Shown: piece after piece, positions 62,216 to 64,000 of the stretch
Layout: every line of letters begins with the position of its first letter
Position numbering within the stretch: position 1 is the first letter of the stretch
Assembly: GCA_905178155.1 (NCBI GenBank)
Contig: CAJINV010000010.1
Location: forward strand, 1,819,182-1,883,181
From: Amoebophrya sp. A120
Taxonomy: Eukaryota; Protista; Dinoflagellata
DNA: 64,000 nt
Direction: 5' to 3'
Translations under genes and position numbers: made by a program
The notes under the pieces: generated by a model
Databases searched by the model: none
The model's input: only the letters and a program-made list of their open reading frames with translations
Told to the model about the DNA's origin: nothing

Positions 62216-63349
62216 CTTGATGCTTATGTTTGTGTGCGAAGCAAATTTTCCGCTACTAGATTCTGCAGGCGGACCCTCACGAAACCAGGAACATACGAAA
62301 GTATCCAACTTCCAGGATCGTGACCGTGCTATTTTATTCTTGTCGCAATAGTGGAAGTGGACGTCGCGATAATTGTCGCAATAAAAAAGGTAGCTTTTGA
62401 TGTCGCCAGAATTTTAACGTAGATAAATGCGTGCCGCTGATAGATACATTAGAAAGCTTTCCACGAATAGCGAGCGCTTCAGACAGCAGGATCCAGAGGG
62501 ACAAAATCAGGGCACCCCCCCATACATCTTGTGGCAAAAAGCCAAATGGGATCTTGGTGCTTGTTTTAGTTTTCCGTTTCAGCATCTCGGCTAATATTTG
62601 TATGTGCAAGTGGCACCATTCGAGCATGTGCTAGAACATGATCTGGTCTAGTACTTCTAGGTGTAATAAAATTCAAAAGAATCGATCTTGTTGTGTTCTT
62701 AGTCGTTGACCTTTAGACTTCTAGCACGACGCTCTGAGAATGTGTTTTCAATCTGCATCTACAGTTCATTGGTAGAAGAAATCATCCATATTACACGACA
62801 GAATTTGAATTGCAGAGGATGAACATCATCGACAGGCTGGATGGCACACGCTCCTGCTGATGAAGTTTTTTTCATCCTTGCATCAAACACGGGGCCAAAG
62901 CCGCCTCGTATCATGTTGATCTTGTATACGAGCCTAGTTGTACAGCGCGAGGACATATCATCATACATCAAGTTCATTTCATCTGTGGGTAGAACGACTA
63001 CCTGTATTTGTACCTCGGTTTCTTTTTCGTCAGAATGAGGAATTCGATTTCAGCAAGACCAATTATAGCCTGAATAGCAACGTAGAACAAGGATGATTCT
63101 TGTCAACATGCTATCCACGCATAATCATAGCACTATTGTCATTCTATCCACGCAAGATCATGGGATTTGGTGCTGCCCTCGCTGAGTTGCCGGTCCGGAC
63201 CGGCGCGTGCGGCTTGGACATCAACCTGATAGTGTTCATCAATATGAAAGGCAATGTAGAAGTCTGTCTGTCATGCAGCTCTCGCATGAAAAAACGAAAT
63301 TGTCATCCTGCTTTCTGCATTACAACAAAAGTCACATCTTATGATTATA

Positions 63350-63828
63350 CGAGTTCGACGCGAATGGGTTGTCCGCACTGGTCGCGTTGCTGTTGCTAAT
63401 TCCGGCGAATCCACCGCCACCGCCACCACCGCTCATCTGTCGACCCCAAGAACCGTATGAAAGCCTCAGAATGGAAACCCTCAAAGTGGAAATACAAATA
63501 ATTTGTGATGCATGAAATGCAAGGCAAAAAAGATTCTATTGCAGAGGACACAATGGAGACCGACTGTTGTCCTGCTAGGGGTTCAGAATTGGGCTGCTGA
63601 TTAGCACGAGAGAAGGGCACCCCTTTGCCCACCTAGCATGACAGACATGCTTTGAGTGCCCGGAAAATTTGTCATGCGCCAATTAAAAATGGCGCTTCAA
63701 CTGGAGTCGTTTTTTTGCATTGCAAATTATTTTCACTTTTAGGATTTCCAACCTGAGGCTTTCATACACCGCCGCTGCTTGATCCACCGCCACCACCGCC
63801 CCACTGAGGAAGCTTACTCACGTTGTTG
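63350..63828 (-). CDS. Partial Gly-rich protein (internal/3' exons; gene continues beyond the window)
   Basis: ..KLPQWGGGGGGSSSGG / WGRQMSGGGGGGGFAGISNSN.. join in frame across an introner; gene end not resolved. Confidence 0.5.
63456..63766. mobile_element. Introner family F (inverted relative to 61828-62131)
   Basis: TSD AACCG/CACCG. Confidence 0.92.
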
Positions 63829-64000
63829 TGTCAAATGTAAAAATGTCTGGGTCTGGAAGATTCTGAGACTTGTGATGCATGTTTTGCATGACCCAGGACG
63901 TCTATAATGCACGCCCTAGCATCGCAGATCTTTAGAGGGCTTCATGATGCCTACTCCGCATGACAAGAAACACCCTCCCCGCGTAGCACAAACTAGACTC
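63829..64000. mobile_element. Introner family A (TGT end), truncated by the window edge
   Basis: TGTCAAATGTAAAAATGTCTGGGTCTGGAAG; body resembles 15570-15823. Confidence 0.85.

Noticed and set aside
63243-63349. Possible further degenerate introner (TAT...ATA with motif remnants)
   Set aside because: No TSD or clear TIR; boundaries cannot be supported.
2074-63990. Recurrent peptides in the ORF track (CKNVWVWK, FQTQTFLHL, PDPDIF, LQKYRTR) suggesting a repeated protein domain
   Set aside because: They are translations of family A and B TIRs in different frames and strands, not proteins.
1-64000. rRNA, tRNA, snRNA or dinoflagellate spliced-leader sequence
   Set aside because: None recognised by eye; a covariance-model search was not possible, so absence is not proven.

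Overview
This is eukaryotic protist DNA; the organism is inferred from architecture to be an Amoebophrya-like syndinian dinoflagellate. About ten protein-coding genes lie on the minus strand: SUMO, a HAD-like hydrolase, a Gly-rich protein, a helical coiled-coil protein, a 2OG-Fe(II) oxygenase, a histidine phosphatase, a NOT2/3/5-box protein, an HCNGP/SAP30BP-like protein and hypothetical proteins. I delimited by eye 57 short non-coding elements (115-406 bp) interrupting these genes, in at least 7 families. Nearly all have TAT...ATA (occasionally TGT/ACA) termini with terminal inverted repeats. They are flanked by 5-bp target-site duplications (TSDs), 34 of which are perfect. They lack GT-AG, yet removing element plus one TSD copy restored the reading frame at every junction I translated, so they behave as transposon-derived non-canonical introns (introners). 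The window also contains empty/filled site pairs, apparent intermediates converting into GT-AG introns, an 8-bp motif shared by all families, an exon-capture event and a patchwork region with a non-LTR RT fragment. Coordinates were read by eye and may be off by a few bases.
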